Virus record (IMG/VR): IMGVR_UViG_3300022910_000005
Span: 16,685 to 80,684 of that record
Length of the DNA stretch: 64,000 nucleotides
From: a virus
Reading direction: 5' to 3' (one strand)
The notes beneath the pieces were generated by a model. It saw only the letters and a program-made list of their open reading frames with translations, did not search any database and had not been told where the DNA came from. The position numbers and the translations under genes were made by a program. Positions 19,171 to 29,021 of this stretch are shown in pieces (the first letter of the stretch is position 1; each line of letters begins with the position of its first letter).

Positions 19171-19742
19171 TACTCCTTGATCACCGAGTGCGCGAAGTTC
19201 TCTTCCAGGTAGCCGACGATCCGCCGGGCCATCGCCACGTCCTTGATCTTCCCGAGAATCGCGTAGTTGCAACCCCACTCCTGGCCGGGGCAGAGCAGGC
19301 CACGCACCTCGTTGGAGTTGTGATCGTGGTCGGTGGCCATCCGCTTGCCGATCGAACGACGACCGCAGATCCGGCACTTCCCGTCCTGCTCCTTGAAGAG
19401 GATCTTGTAGTCCTCCCCGGTGAACGGCCTGCCGTGGATGGTGTACGTCCGGCGCAGGTACGAGTCCCAGTTCGCCAGCGAGGCGCACGCCGAGCAGCGG
19501 GACTTCGTGCATTCGGTCAGTCGCCGGAAGGACTGGCAGCCAGCACACCAGCGCCGTCCCACCGGCCATTCGGTGGCGGGCACCACCGCCCGCCGTAGCG
19601 GCTCCGGCACGCACGCCAGGCGCTTCTCAGCGGCCATCTCCTGGATCTCTGGAGCCTGCTCCAGCAGCCAGCACTCCTCGCACTTCTGGCCGCCGGGTCG
19701 CTTGTTCGACGCGCCGCACTTCACGCACATCTTCGTCGCCAC
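19170..19742 (-). CDS. Endonuclease VII-like resolvase
   Basis: QDGKCRIC...DHDH...VRGLLC...CN. Confidence 0.85.
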   Translation of the reverse strand: MATKMCVKCGASNKRPGGQKCEECWLLEQAPEIQEMAAEKRLACVPEPLRRAVVPATEWPVGRRWCAGCQSFRRLTECTKSRCSACASLANWDSYLRRTYTIHGRPFTGEDYKILFKEQDGKCRICGRRSIGKRMATDHDHNSNEVRGLLCPGQEWGCNYAILGKIKDVAMARRIVGYLEENFAHSVIKE

Positions 19743-19762
19743 GCAGGGTCTCCAGAATCAGA

Positions 19763-19795
19763 AGGGGCCGGGCAACCCGAAGGTTACCCGGCCCC
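19763..19795 (-). terminator. Hairpin terminator
   Basis: GGGGCCGGG(C/T)AACC stem. Confidence 0.6.
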
Positions 19796-19811
19796 GCCGA
19801 CGATCAGTGGA

Positions 19812-20159
19812 TCAGAACTGGCCGAACTCGCCCTCGGACGGCGTGCCCTCCGGCACGATGACCTGCGCGGGCGGCTGCTCCACGACGTTCTCGGACCGGC
19901 CGTCCACGAACAACTGGGTCCGCTCGATCAGCGCCTGCTCGGCGGCGATCTTCACCTCCAGGTCGACCACCTTGGCCTTGGCGGCGTCGACCGCCTTCTG
20001 CTTGGCGGCGGCGGCGGCCTTCTGGGCGTCCTCGGCGACGGTGACCTTCTTGGCGGCCTCGACCTTCTTGGTCTCCAGGGCCGACTTGCGGGTCTTCGCG
20101 GCCTCGATCGTGTCGTTGGCCTGCTTGAGGAACTTGCTGGGGTCGAATTCCTTCGGCAT
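19812..20159 (-). CDS. Coiled-coil K/A-rich protein
   Basis: ORF with RBS. Confidence 0.6.
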   Translation of the reverse strand: MPKEFDPSKFLKQANDTIEAAKTRKSALETKKVEAAKKVTVAEDAQKAAAAAKQKAVDAAKAKVVDLEVKIAAEQALIERTQLFVDGRSENVVEQPPAQVIVPEGTPSEGEFGQF

Positions 20160-20296
20160 GATTCTCTGAATCCTTCTCTGTCGCAGGGAAAGTCGTTCGC
20201 TGGGTGCCCCGTGTGCACACGGCCGGGGCCACGCCGCCTGGCTGGCTCTGAGCAACAGCCTGCCGGGCCGTCAGGCCGGGATGCAAGCGTGGTGGA

Positions 20297-21076
20297 TCAG
20301 AAGGGCGGCGGCTTCTGCTCGGCGTCGGCCTTGACGGCTTCCGGCCCCTTGTACGGGTCGGCCCCGTCCTGGCGGTCCTCTGCGTCACCGGCCTCGGCCC
20401 GCGCGTTGTCGACGTAAGCCTGCACCTGGGCGCGGGTTTCGTCGGTCGGCGGGTCGATGTGCACCTCGTAGTGCGAGGTCTTGCCGGGCTTGCCGACGTT
20501 CGGAACGCGGTCGACGAGCGTGACGGTCCAGGTCTGGCCGACCTGCGGGGCACCGTCGGTGGCCCGGATGCGACGCAGTTCCTTGTTGGCCGCCTCCCGC
20601 AGGTTCTGCGAGGAGAGGATCACCCGACGCTCGGTGACGCCGGACAGTTCCACCTCGTCGTCCTGCAACCGCAACTTGGCGTTGTCCGAGACGAACTCGC
20701 CGCCGCTGTAGGTGGTGGCCATCGTGATGCTGGTGCGGGAGACGCGACCGGCACCCTTGGGAATCGGCAGGTCGGGCCACATCTCGGCGAACTTCTGCTC
20801 GGTGACCGGCCGCTTGGAGCCCTTGAGGTCGTTCTTCGGACGCCAGACCATCCAGCCCTTGTCGTCCGGGTCGGTGTCCGTGCCCTGCTGGTACTCGCCG
20901 ACCATCTTGTAGCCCTTGTCGGGCCGCTTGACCGGCTCGGGCGGAACCACGACGCCGACGAACTTGTCGCCGGGGCGGGAGTAGTTCCAGGAGATGACCG
21001 GCGCTCCGGCGCTTCCGCCCTGAGCCGCGTACGGGTCGTAGTACTCGTCCTCGTCGTAACCGTTTTCGTCGCTCAC
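20297..21076 (-). CDS. ssDNA-binding-like protein
   Basis: Beta-rich core, acidic tail ending PPPF, located in the replication block. Confidence 0.55.
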   Translation of the reverse strand: MSDENGYDEDEYYDPYAAQGGSAGAPVISWNYSRPGDKFVGVVVPPEPVKRPDKGYKMVGEYQQGTDTDPDDKGWMVWRPKNDLKGSKRPVTEQKFAEMWPDLPIPKGAGRVSRTSITMATTYSGGEFVSDNAKLRLQDDEVELSGVTERRVILSSQNLREAANKELRRIRATDGAPQVGQTWTVTLVDRVPNVGKPGKTSHYEVHIDPPTDETRAQVQAYVDNARAEAGDAEDRQDGADPYKGPEAVKADAEQKPPPF

Positions 21077-21120
21077 TGTGTCTCGTCTCGTTGTCGTTTC
21101 TTCTCTGTGGTGCAGCCATG

Positions 21121-21195
21121 AGTCTACAGGTCGTTGATAGGTCACGGCAAGCGAAAGGCCCGGCCAGCGGAGGGAAAGCACACCGGCCGGGCCAC
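21121..21195 (-). promoter_or_regulatory. Terminator hairpin followed by promoter TTGCCG-N18-TAGACT
   Basis: GGCCCGGCC family stem with downstream promoter elements on the minus strand. Confidence 0.6.
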
Positions 21196-21202
21196 GAATC
21201 GG

Positions 21203-22309
21203 TCAGTATCGGACGGTGATCGCGGTGCCGTCGATGTACGAGCAGTTGGTGACCGTCGCGCGGCCGGTCCAGGTGCCACCGAAGTTCACCGTCTGCCCCT
21301 GCACGGCCTGGCTCTTGTCGAACACCAGCCCGTCGTAGAGGCCCATGCTCGCGGTGCCGCCGGGCGACGGGTTGCCGCCGCCGTTGAAGGCGTACTGCCC
21401 GCCGAGGAACAGCGTGTTCACGATCCGATGCTCGCCCGTGTAGCCCTGGCTGACGGTGCCGAACATCAGGCAGGCGTTGTCCGGCCCGTTGATCCTTCCC
21501 CGGCTCAGCAGGCCGGTCCCGTTGTCCTCCCACGGCAATGCCCTGGCCGGGTGCGTGGAGTCTCCGGCGAAGGCGTACGGTCCGCCGTCCGGCAGCGAGC
21601 CCATCGGCACGCTGATCGGCTCATACGTGTCCGGGAGGTTGTACGCCTCGGCCTCGGTGAAGACGTGCCCGCTGGAGTCCATCAGCCACAGGTGGCCCGC
21701 CTGGCGGGCTGGCCGGGCGTCGATCACGCTGTCTTCGATGTCCATGCCGAGGCCGCCGAACAACTGGATGCCGTCGTTGTGGCTGATTGTGTCGGACGGA
21801 TGGACGATCCCGCGAGCGTTGGCCGTCCACTTCGTGAGGCGGCGAATCATGGTGCGGCGCAAGATGATCCCGCACTGCCACCCGGCACCGGTCGCGTTGA
21901 ACTGGTTCGAGTTGTTGACCGAGATGCCGTCGGTGGTCTTCTCGATCAGGCAGTCGTAGAACTCAAGGTCGTGCCCGTTGAAGGCGTTGCGGTTACGGAT
22001 GAACTTCGGGGAGAAGACGCACCGGTTGAACTTGATCCGCTTGGCGTTGATGTTCGTCGCCGTGTAGATCGGATTGTCGGTGTCGTCGCCCTCGAAATAG
22101 CAGTCGTTGTAGGTCAAGTCGGCCACGTTGCCGTTGACCCGGGCGAACCGGATGTTGTTGAACGTCTGCCCCGGGGTGTTGTGCGAGACATTCGCGACGG
22201 CCGTCGCGGGCACCCCGGCCACGACGGCGGCCACGTTGACTCCGGCGATGAAGACCTTCTTGGTGCCGACCAGGCCGGACTGGTCGGTGCCGGTCAGCGT
22301 GGTCGGCAC
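21203..22309 (-). CDS. Right-handed beta-helix (pectin lyase-like) protein
   Basis: Asn/Gly-rich coils, HNDGIQLFGG, DGISVN. Confidence 0.6.
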   Translation of the reverse strand: MPTTLTGTDQSGLVGTKKVFIAGVNVAAVVAGVPATAVANVSHNTPGQTFNNIRFARVNGNVADLTYNDCYFEGDDTDNPIYTATNINAKRIKFNRCVFSPKFIRNRNAFNGHDLEFYDCLIEKTTDGISVNNSNQFNATGAGWQCGIILRRTMIRRLTKWTANARGIVHPSDTISHNDGIQLFGGLGMDIEDSVIDARPARQAGHLWLMDSSGHVFTEAEAYNLPDTYEPISVPMGSLPDGGPYAFAGDSTHPARALPWEDNGTGLLSRGRINGPDNACLMFGTVSQGYTGEHRIVNTLFLGGQYAFNGGGNPSPGGTASMGLYDGLVFDKSQAVQGQTVNFGGTWTGRATVTNCSYIDGTAITVRY

Positions 22310-22310
22310 G

Positions 22311-22544
22311 TCAGGCAGTGAAGGTGAACGTGGCCAGCGTGCCGGTGTCGGACACCTTCGTGAGCGTCTTGGCCGGGCTGATGGACAGGAAGCCCTGACC
22401 GATGACCAGGGTGTTGGTGCCGATGTTGCCGTCCTGGTCGGTGCCGGTCAGGACGTAGGTGCGCGGGTCGTAGTCGACGGTGACCGTGACCAACTGGCCG
22501 GGCAGCGGCGCGAGCGGGGTGAACGAGACGACGGGATTCGCCAC
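22311..22544 (-). CDS. Small beta-rich protein
   Basis: AGGAG RBS, T/V-rich. Confidence 0.55.
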   Translation of the reverse strand: MANPVVSFTPLAPLPGQLVTVTVDYDPRTYVLTGTDQDGNIGTNTLVIGQGFLSISPAKTLTKVSDTGTLATFTFTA

Positions 22545-22628
22545 GGTGTTTCTCCTGGGGACGCAGAGAGGGGCGCCGTCCTGGTGGACGACGCCCCTCA
22601 CGCTACTGCGAAGTAGTTGAGCCCTGCT

Positions 22629-23672
22629 CTACAGCATGACCAGCACCTTCGTGAAGGCGACCAGGCCACGGTTCGGCGCGGTCGACTGCACGAAGATGTC
22701 GTAGTCGGGGTTCGGGTCGGCCTTCTGGCTGACCGTCATGTCCGGCAGGCCGATCATGTCCCGGATCTCCTGCTGCGTTCCGACGAAGACCTTGTCGGTC
22801 TTCTTCTCGACGATCGCGAGACCCTTGCCGGGCTGCACCTTTTCGCGCTTGTTCCACTGGTAGTAGCAGGTACCGAGCACGAACTTCATGCCGCAGTCGT
22901 CCTTGATGAACTTGTCGACGCGGATCTTCGGGTACTGGCCGGTCTTCGGGTCCTTCGCCGCGCCGTCCTGCGGGGCGACCGGGATCAGCCGGTACTTGTC
23001 ACCGGCCAGCGGCGTGAGCGCGGCCCGGACGGTCGCCTTGTTGACGGTATCGGCTCCAGTTGAGAAGATCGCCCGGCTGCCGCGCACGCCCTGCTGGCGC
23101 ATCGTCATGAAGTTGTCGGTCGCGGCCTTGATCGAGGCACCGGCCGTCTCCACGTTGCTGGTATCCCAGGTGGCGATGTTGTCCGGCGGGAAGCCCGCCT
23201 GCGCGGCCAGATGGACGCTGCGGTGGTCGGGAACGAGCGTCGCAACGGAGTAGTTCTCCGGCAGGCCCGCGAGCAGGTTCCGCAGGGTGTCGGCCGACGC
23301 CATCGAGCGGTTCTCCTGCCCGTCGGTGACGACGAACGTCAGGAACGCATGGTCACCGTAGATGACCGACGTGGTCTTCAGGTCCCGCTGCGATTCGATG
23401 GTCGCGTCCCGCAGGGCGGTCATGCCGGACGGCCGGTACAGCGCGCCGATCGACGGGAGCCGCAGCACGTCCTTGTCGAAGATCAGGCACTTCACCTGGT
23501 CAGCGAAAGAGTAGACGGACACGCGGACTTCGCGGTCCAGGTCGGTCGAACGCTTCGCCAGGTAGGCGATCTGTCCGTCGACCACCTTCACGACGTCGCG
23601 GCGCAGGCCGTTCATCGAACTGCTCGCGTCCATGACGATGGCGATGTGGTCGATCTGGTTCTGGGTTTCCAC
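22629..23672 (-). CDS. vWA (MIDAS) domain protein
   Basis: DASSSM, TALRDA, VTDGQEN. Confidence 0.85.
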   Translation of the reverse strand: METQNQIDHIAIVMDASSSMNGLRRDVVKVVDGQIAYLAKRSTDLDREVRVSVYSFADQVKCLIFDKDVLRLPSIGALYRPSGMTALRDATIESQRDLKTTSVIYGDHAFLTFVVTDGQENRSMASADTLRNLLAGLPENYSVATLVPDHRSVHLAAQAGFPPDNIATWDTSNVETAGASIKAATDNFMTMRQQGVRGSRAIFSTGADTVNKATVRAALTPLAGDKYRLIPVAPQDGAAKDPKTGQYPKIRVDKFIKDDCGMKFVLGTCYYQWNKREKVQPGKGLAIVEKKTDKVFVGTQQEIRDMIGLPDMTVSQKADPNPDYDIFVQSTAPNRGLVAFTKVLVML

Positions 23673-23723
23673 GGTGCGGTTCTCCTTGGTTTTCGAGGTG
23701 GATCTCAGTGTTCGTTCTCTACG

Positions 23724-23745
23724 ATTTTACTGCGGGGGTACGACA
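23724..23745 (-). promoter_or_regulatory. RecA-NDp/PafBC-like promoter
   Basis: TGTCGT-N10-TAAAAT. Confidence 0.55.
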
Positions 23746-24305
23746 GTTTCGGTGGCGTTCTCCTGGATCAGGCAGCCGTCGATGTACGCGGTCGGCCTGC
23801 CGTTGCCGTCCACCGACCACGGGTCGGTGTCACTGTGGCGGTGTCCAACCCGAGACTCCATCGGCGCGCCTACGGCCACCTCGGGAGTAGTCACGACGAC
23901 CGGCACGGCCGAGTCGCCTTCGGTGGCAGCCAGGAACTTGTCGATCTTCACGTCGCTGGCGATCGGGCCGAGCGTGCCGAGCCGCCGCGCGTCCACGTCC
24001 TGAATCTTCTTGAACAGCAGACGGAAAGCGTCGCCCCGGTTGCCGGTGATGTGTTCCACCACGCCGAGCGCGGTGATCGCCCAGTCGAGCGACTCCTCCT
24101 GAACGTCGAGGATGTTCGCCGTCACGCCCTTGCGGGGGTTCTGGCCGGACATGCCGATGATCTCGGCCGCCGCTTCGCCCCGCTCCTCATGGATCTTCAG
24201 GAACCGCGTCAGCAACTGCTCCAGCGGCGTCTTGTCCGCGTTGTGGTCGTCGATCCATTTGCTCAGGGCCGTCAGCCGGGACTGCGCCTCGTCGAAATTC
24301 GTCAC
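23727..24305 (-). CDS. MazG-like nucleotide pyrophosphohydrolase
   Basis: KIHEERGEAAAEIIGMSGQNPRKG...EESLD. Confidence 0.8.
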   Translation of the reverse strand: MTNFDEAQSRLTALSKWIDDHNADKTPLEQLLTRFLKIHEERGEAAAEIIGMSGQNPRKGVTANILDVQEESLDWAITALGVVEHITGNRGDAFRLLFKKIQDVDARRLGTLGPIASDVKIDKFLAATEGDSAVPVVVTTPEVAVGAPMESRVGHRHSDTDPWSVDGNGRPTAYIDGCLIQENATETVVPPQ

Positions 24306-25486
24306 GCCGTGATCTCCTTCGGTGCGTTGATGACGGCCAGGCGAGCCGAGGCGTGCGCGATGAGCGCCGGGCTCCAATGGTCGCCGGGGTACTGGTGCCA
24401 GAGCGCTTCCAGTTCCGCCTGGCTGCCGGTCTGGTCGATGATCCGCCACAGGTTCGGGACGGCCGTGAACTGGACCATCCAGTCGTTTTCCCGCTGGTGG
24501 TCACGGATCAGGGGGATCAGCGACACGGCGCGGAAGATGCCCCGCGCGATGTCCACCCAGCGCAACGTCGCTTCGCCTTCGCCTTCCGGCGGGATCGAGA
24601 TGACGATCCCCCGGTGCGGGCAGACGTCCGGCAGGTCGTACCGGTCGGCTCCCTTGCCGTCAGGCCACGGAACGTACAACTTGGACCGGCTATAGATGCC
24701 CAACTGAATGCCGGTCTTTCGCTGGGCGTGGATCAGTCCGGTCAGGCTGGACGTCTTCAGGTCGGCGATGTAGTTGCGCCGCCCGCAGATGTCGCACGGC
24801 AGGTACTCGAACAGCCGGTCGAACGTCCCGGCCAGGTGGATCATGATCGGGTTGCCCTGGTCGTCGTACATCGGCTGGCCGAACTGATCGAGCCGCTGCG
24901 CGTCGAGCGCCACGAAGCATTCCACGCCCGGCTGGCCGGTCGGCAGGTCGACGATCTTCAGGTACTTCGTCAGTCGCACCCACTCCGTGAGGACGTACTC
25001 GTACTCCTCGATCGGCGTGAAAGGGATTCCCAGGTCGTAGTTCTCGGTCATCGTATGCTTCATGGTGCCGAGCCGGTCAGCGTCGAACACCAGGCGCAGA
25101 GCCTTGTCGTTGACCTTGTCGTGGCCGTCCTTATCGACATCAGGCCCGGCCAGGACGGACCGCTCCGCCCGCAGCGTCACACCCTGCTGGCCGGTGTCGA
25201 AGTAGCCGGACACCGTCTTGCGCGTCTTCCAGGCCGCCAGCCGCTCGCTGTTGTCGCCCGGTTCGCCCCAGCCGGACGGGCGACCGTAGTACTTCATCTT
25301 CTTCCCGTCCGGCAGCCACAGTTTCGGGCTGCCGTTCCCGCCGTGGCGCGGGATCAGGTCTTCAGTCCGCAGCGGCCGGTCCGGGTCCTCGCGGTCGGCC
25401 GGGTCCAGCAGCGCGGGGATGCCCTTGCTGCTGATCTTCTTCTTGGCGTACGGGTCATACAGTTCGTCGTCCGGATCGTTGCTCAT
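24302..25486 (-). CDS. PD-(D/E)xK RecB-like exonuclease
   Basis: GTMKH, VE, AGTFDRL, IADLKT, QLGIYS. Confidence 0.8.
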   Translation of the reverse strand: MSNDPDDELYDPYAKKKISSKGIPALLDPADREDPDRPLRTEDLIPRHGGNGSPKLWLPDGKKMKYYGRPSGWGEPGDNSERLAAWKTRKTVSGYFDTGQQGVTLRAERSVLAGPDVDKDGHDKVNDKALRLVFDADRLGTMKHTMTENYDLGIPFTPIEEYEYVLTEWVRLTKYLKIVDLPTGQPGVECFVALDAQRLDQFGQPMYDDQGNPIMIHLAGTFDRLFEYLPCDICGRRNYIADLKTSSLTGLIHAQRKTGIQLGIYSRSKLYVPWPDGKGADRYDLPDVCPHRGIVISIPPEGEGEATLRWVDIARGIFRAVSLIPLIRDHQRENDWMVQFTAVPNLWRIIDQTGSQAELEALWHQYPGDHWSPALIAHASARLAVINAPKEITA

Positions 25487-25492
25487 AGGCCA

Positions 25493-25514
25493 AGTCTCCC
25501 AGTGGGGTACGACA
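25493..25514 (-). promoter_or_regulatory. RecA-NDp/PafBC-like promoter, leaderless
   Basis: TGTCGT-N10-GAGACT-N6-ATG. Confidence 0.55.
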
Positions 25515-25516
25515 TT

Positions 25517-25810
25517 TCAGAGAGGCTTCGGTTCCGTCATACCGTTGATCGTCAGGGTCTCGCCCGGGTGGACTTCCTGATCCTGGCTGATGCGGTACAG
25601 CAGTTCGCCGTCCAGACCGAACACACCGGCACCGGTCCAGGGCCGGAGTCCGGAGACGAACGTCCATTGCGTCGGTCCGCCGACGTGCAGCACCTTGGTC
25701 TCCATCCAGTGCGGACGGTTGGACGGCCTGGTGAAGATCCGCACGCGGCACGGCTCGACGGCCACCGGCTCGTCCCCGACCATCGGCCGGACGTGCGCAA
25801 GGATGATCAT
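25517..25810 (-). CDS. Hypothetical protein
   Basis: ATGA overlap. Confidence 0.55.
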   Translation of the reverse strand: MIILAHVRPMVGDEPVAVEPCRVRIFTRPSNRPHWMETKVLHVGGPTQWTFVSGLRPWTGAGVFGLDGELLYRISQDQEVHPGETLTINGMTEPKPL

Positions 25811-26118
25811 TGGCGAGCCTTCAGGTCGATCCTGACGGGCGACTTCGCGAGGCCGACGGACGCCCAGTCCTCCTTGTTGATGGCCTGTCCGAGGCGGGCC
25901 TTCTTGAGGACGGCGTACATCGCCCGGTTCGCGGCGACCATCACGTTCCGCTCGGTGACGAAGCCTTCCAGCATGTCCGCGTTGATAATCAGGTCGGTCG
26001 GCTTGCCGTCCGGCCCCCACTCGATGCTCAACTGGTTGGTCTCGGTGTTGCGCCGGATGATCGGCACTGCGGCGGGGATCAGGTCCCCCAGGTCGATCTC
26101 AGGCATGTCGTTGCTCAC
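25807..26118 (-). CDS. Hypothetical protein
   Basis: AGGAG RBS. Confidence 0.55.
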   Translation of the reverse strand: MSNDMPEIDLGDLIPAAVPIIRRNTETNQLSIEWGPDGKPTDLIINADMLEGFVTERNVMVAANRAMYAVLKKARLGQAINKEDWASVGLAKSPVRIDLKARQ

Positions 26119-26257
26119 TTGCGGAACTCCTTGATGGTGGCCAGCACGATGGCCGCCACGACAACTGCCACCACTACGACGACTCCGATGACGAACAGGG
26201 CCTGAGCGGTGTAGGTCAGGAGCAGGCTCCAGGACACGTAATCCTCCCAACATAGAA

Positions 26258-26316
26258 AACCGGCTGTCACCTGCAAGAATATCGCAGGTGACAGCCGGTT
26301 GTCAATTGGTTGTCAA
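26258..26316 (-). promoter_or_regulatory. Promoter TTGACA-N18-TATTCT inside a hairpin, with three phased heptamers
   Basis: AACCGGCTGTCACCTGC/GCAGGTGACAGCCGGTT stem; heptamers at 26288, 26299, 26310. Confidence 0.75.
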
Positions 26317-28877
26317 TCCATCTCGTCCCGCTTGAACCGCAGGCCACGGAACACCCGGGCGCGCGCCGGGAGCGGCGGCTGGGCCGACGAGAACGTCACG
26401 TTGGGAGCCATCGGCGGCCGGGAGATGTCCGAGGAGGCCGTCCGCACCTGGCCCTCCGTCACCCCGGCCGAGCGGACCAGTTCATGCACCCGGAACCGGC
26501 CCAGGAACGTCTCGCTGCTCCACTTCGAGTGGTTCTGGGCTACCAGGAAGTTGACGAAGTCGGTGAACAGATCCTGCCGGGCGACCATGCCGTCTGGGTC
26601 CACCTCCAGCCGGTCCACGAAGTAGGCCATGATCCGGTCCGCCTCCATCTGCCAGCCCTTCACCGCCTCGGACACCTCCAGCGGCCGACGCTCCACCTCC
26701 ACCAGCATCGGGTCCGCGAAGTAACGCATCGCGCCCTCCACCAGCCAGGTGATGATCGCGTCATGCTGATCGTCGGTGTTGTCGCGGATGCGCCGCTTCA
26801 GCGTCGGATCGCCGACCCGGTCGTTCTCGGCCTCCGGCTTCTCCTTGAAGGTGTACGGGAAGTCCACCAGCAGCAGCCGACGCCATGTGCCCCAGTCCAC
26901 TTCGGCCACCGACGGCTTCGAGTTGGACGTCACGAACATGCTGTGGCTGGCCGGGAAGGTGATCGGGTTCTGGTGCAGCATCCGGGCCGTGATGTAGCCG
27001 GTGTCGGTGATCCGCTTGATCTCCTCCACCGAAAGCGCGTGCGACTCAGGCAGTTCCTCGATCAGCGCGAACCGAACGCCCCGCAGGCTGGCCCGGTCCG
27101 GCGTCGCTCCGGTGCCCTGGCCCTTGGAGATCAGCGTCGGCTGGGCCATGTGCGCGTAGTCGCCGAGCGCCGGGAAGACGCCCTCCGTGGTGTACGCGGA
27201 CTTTCCGTTGTTGCCGGTGCCGACCAGGAAGATCGCGTCCTTGGCGTTGTGGCCGGTGGCCGCCTGCCCCATCCGGATCTGCATGTAGTCGGCCTGCTCC
27301 GGCGGCAGGGCCATCAGCGCCTTGTCCCAGTCCGGATGCCGGAAGCCCTGCCGGTAGCGGCCGTTCGTGACCTTGGTGAAGTACAGGTCCGGGTCATGCT
27401 TGGAGAACTTGCCGGTCCGCAGGTCGACCACGAAGTTCGGCGTGTTCAGCAGTTCGGCGTGCGCGTCCAACTGCGCCGGGTCGGCGAACACGCCGTCGAT
27501 GATCGCCAGGGTGTTGCGGATCGCGTTCATCTTGGAACGGGCCTGGAACGAGCGGTACGCCTTGGCCAACTTCAGGTACTTGTCGTCCTCGGTCTTCTTG
27601 AACTTGTCGACCATCGCCCGGAACTGCTTGGTGTAGAAGCGGGCGATCATGTTGTCGATGGCGTCCTCAGAGACTGGTGCCCACCGGCAGCCGTCCCAGC
27701 GGTGCCAGCCGACGCCGTCGGCGTGCAGCACCCGGGTGCCCATCTTCTCGGCCAGGTGCTGCGCCTGCCCGACGTCCGTGGCCCAGTCGGACAGGGCCTG
27801 CGACTCCTTGTCCTCCGGCACCGGGGGAGCACCGAGCGGCTGTGTGCCCTCAGGAGCCTCCAGATCCTCAGGCGTGACCATCTGCTCGGGATCGGCCACG
27901 ATCGTCGCGTAGGCGGACGTCCCGGCGGCCTGGGCGGGCACCGCGACGGCGGCGCTCGCGGACTTCGTGGGAGCGCCAGGGTTGATCGGCTTCTCCCAGG
28001 CCCGCTTGTTGGCCATGCCGTCCTTCACTCCCCTGATGATCGTCGAGTTCATCGACGTCATGTCCGCGTTGCTGCGGAACGTCCAGCCAGCGATGGCGTC
28101 CAGCAGGCGGCCGATCACCTCGTCCTCGTCCAACTGCCCGGCCCCGACGTACTGCCCGCACCAGAAGGCGATCCGGCTGGCCGTCGCGTTCCCCTGCCCG
28201 TCCGGGGCCGCCTCCAACTGCCCGGCCAGGTCTTCGAGCCGGTCGAGCACCTCCTGCTCGGCCGCGATCGGGCCGGACTGCACCCGCTCCGGCCGCTGGA
28301 CGTCCTTGCACATCTCGATCAGGTGCTCCGGCAGGTACATGAACGGCATGTCCTTGAACAGCCGGTACTGGCCGGTGCGGGGAAGGCCGGTCTTCGGGCT
28401 GATCTCCGTCACGACGGACGGCGGGGCGATCACGTAACCGTTGCCCCGGGTGTCCACGTCCGGGCCGATGCCACGCCCGGCCGCCCGGCCGCTGGTGTTG
28501 CGCAACTGCATCCCTTCCGGCATCAGGTACCAGAAGTGCAGGCCGCCGGTCCAGGACTGGACGGTGTACGTGTCGACGAAGCCGTGCTCGCCGCAGATCT
28601 TCGCCCAGGTCTCGCCGCCGACCTTGCCCTTCTCCTGGTCGGTGTCCACGTCGACCATGTAGAGCCCGGACGCGGCGGCCGAGACGCCGACGTTGGCGTA
28701 GGTGGCGTCTCTCCACATCCGTTCGATGATCGCCGGGTCGCTGGTCGCTTCCAGGTGGCCGTTCGATCCGTTGAGCGGGGCCTTGCTACGCGGAGTGAGC
28801 GGGAAGACCTTCAACCCCCGGCCAGCCAGGTCCAGGGCGGCCTTCTTGGTGTCTCCAGCGTCAAGTTGATAGTTCAA
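26313..28877 (-). CDS. Bifunctional primase-polymerase fused to D5/P4-type SF3 helicase
   Basis: VFPL..RSKAP, VDVD, TGGLHFWY, DTRGNGYVIAPPS; Walker A GTGNNGKS; WRRLLLVDF. Confidence 0.92.
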   Translation of the reverse strand: MNYQLDAGDTKKAALDLAGRGLKVFPLTPRSKAPLNGSNGHLEATSDPAIIERMWRDATYANVGVSAAASGLYMVDVDTDQEKGKVGGETWAKICGEHGFVDTYTVQSWTGGLHFWYLMPEGMQLRNTSGRAAGRGIGPDVDTRGNGYVIAPPSVVTEISPKTGLPRTGQYRLFKDMPFMYLPEHLIEMCKDVQRPERVQSGPIAAEQEVLDRLEDLAGQLEAAPDGQGNATASRIAFWCGQYVGAGQLDEDEVIGRLLDAIAGWTFRSNADMTSMNSTIIRGVKDGMANKRAWEKPINPGAPTKSASAAVAVPAQAAGTSAYATIVADPEQMVTPEDLEAPEGTQPLGAPPVPEDKESQALSDWATDVGQAQHLAEKMGTRVLHADGVGWHRWDGCRWAPVSEDAIDNMIARFYTKQFRAMVDKFKKTEDDKYLKLAKAYRSFQARSKMNAIRNTLAIIDGVFADPAQLDAHAELLNTPNFVVDLRTGKFSKHDPDLYFTKVTNGRYRQGFRHPDWDKALMALPPEQADYMQIRMGQAATGHNAKDAIFLVGTGNNGKSAYTTEGVFPALGDYAHMAQPTLISKGQGTGATPDRASLRGVRFALIEELPESHALSVEEIKRITDTGYITARMLHQNPITFPASHSMFVTSNSKPSVAEVDWGTWRRLLLVDFPYTFKEKPEAENDRVGDPTLKRRIRDNTDDQHDAIITWLVEGAMRYFADPMLVEVERRPLEVSEAVKGWQMEADRIMAYFVDRLEVDPDGMVARQDLFTDFVNFLVAQNHSKWSSETFLGRFRVHELVRSAGVTEGQVRTASSDISRPPMAPNVTFSSAQPPLPARARVFRGLRFKRDEMD

Positions 28878-28932
28878 CGAGTTCTCCTTCGCGTGTCCGA
28901 TTTGATGCGATTCACTCGGTCACTCTCTGTGC

Positions 28933-29021
28933 CTGTCACAGGTGTCACAGCCAACTTATTGATTTTCTAGAGGATTTTGCCTCGCAGGGAACGAATCTAG
29001 AGCCTGTGACACCTGTGACAG
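28933..29021. repeat. Candidate replication origin: 18-bp inverted repeats around an AT-richer core
   Basis: CTGTCACAGGTGTCACAG (28933-28950) and CTGTGACACCTGTGACAG (29004-29021), upstream of the primase-helicase. Confidence 0.65.

Noticed and set aside
20160-20296. Structured intergenic region as a tRNA or ncRNA
   Set aside because: No cloverleaf or T-loop consensus recognised; GC stems alone are insufficient
26310-28970. Long antisense or alternate-frame ORFs (e.g. 26310-28970 +, 33202-36021 -, 47368-49488 +, 56738-58651 +)
   Set aside because: Shadow ORFs expected in high-GC DNA; they overlap well-supported genes and lack motifs
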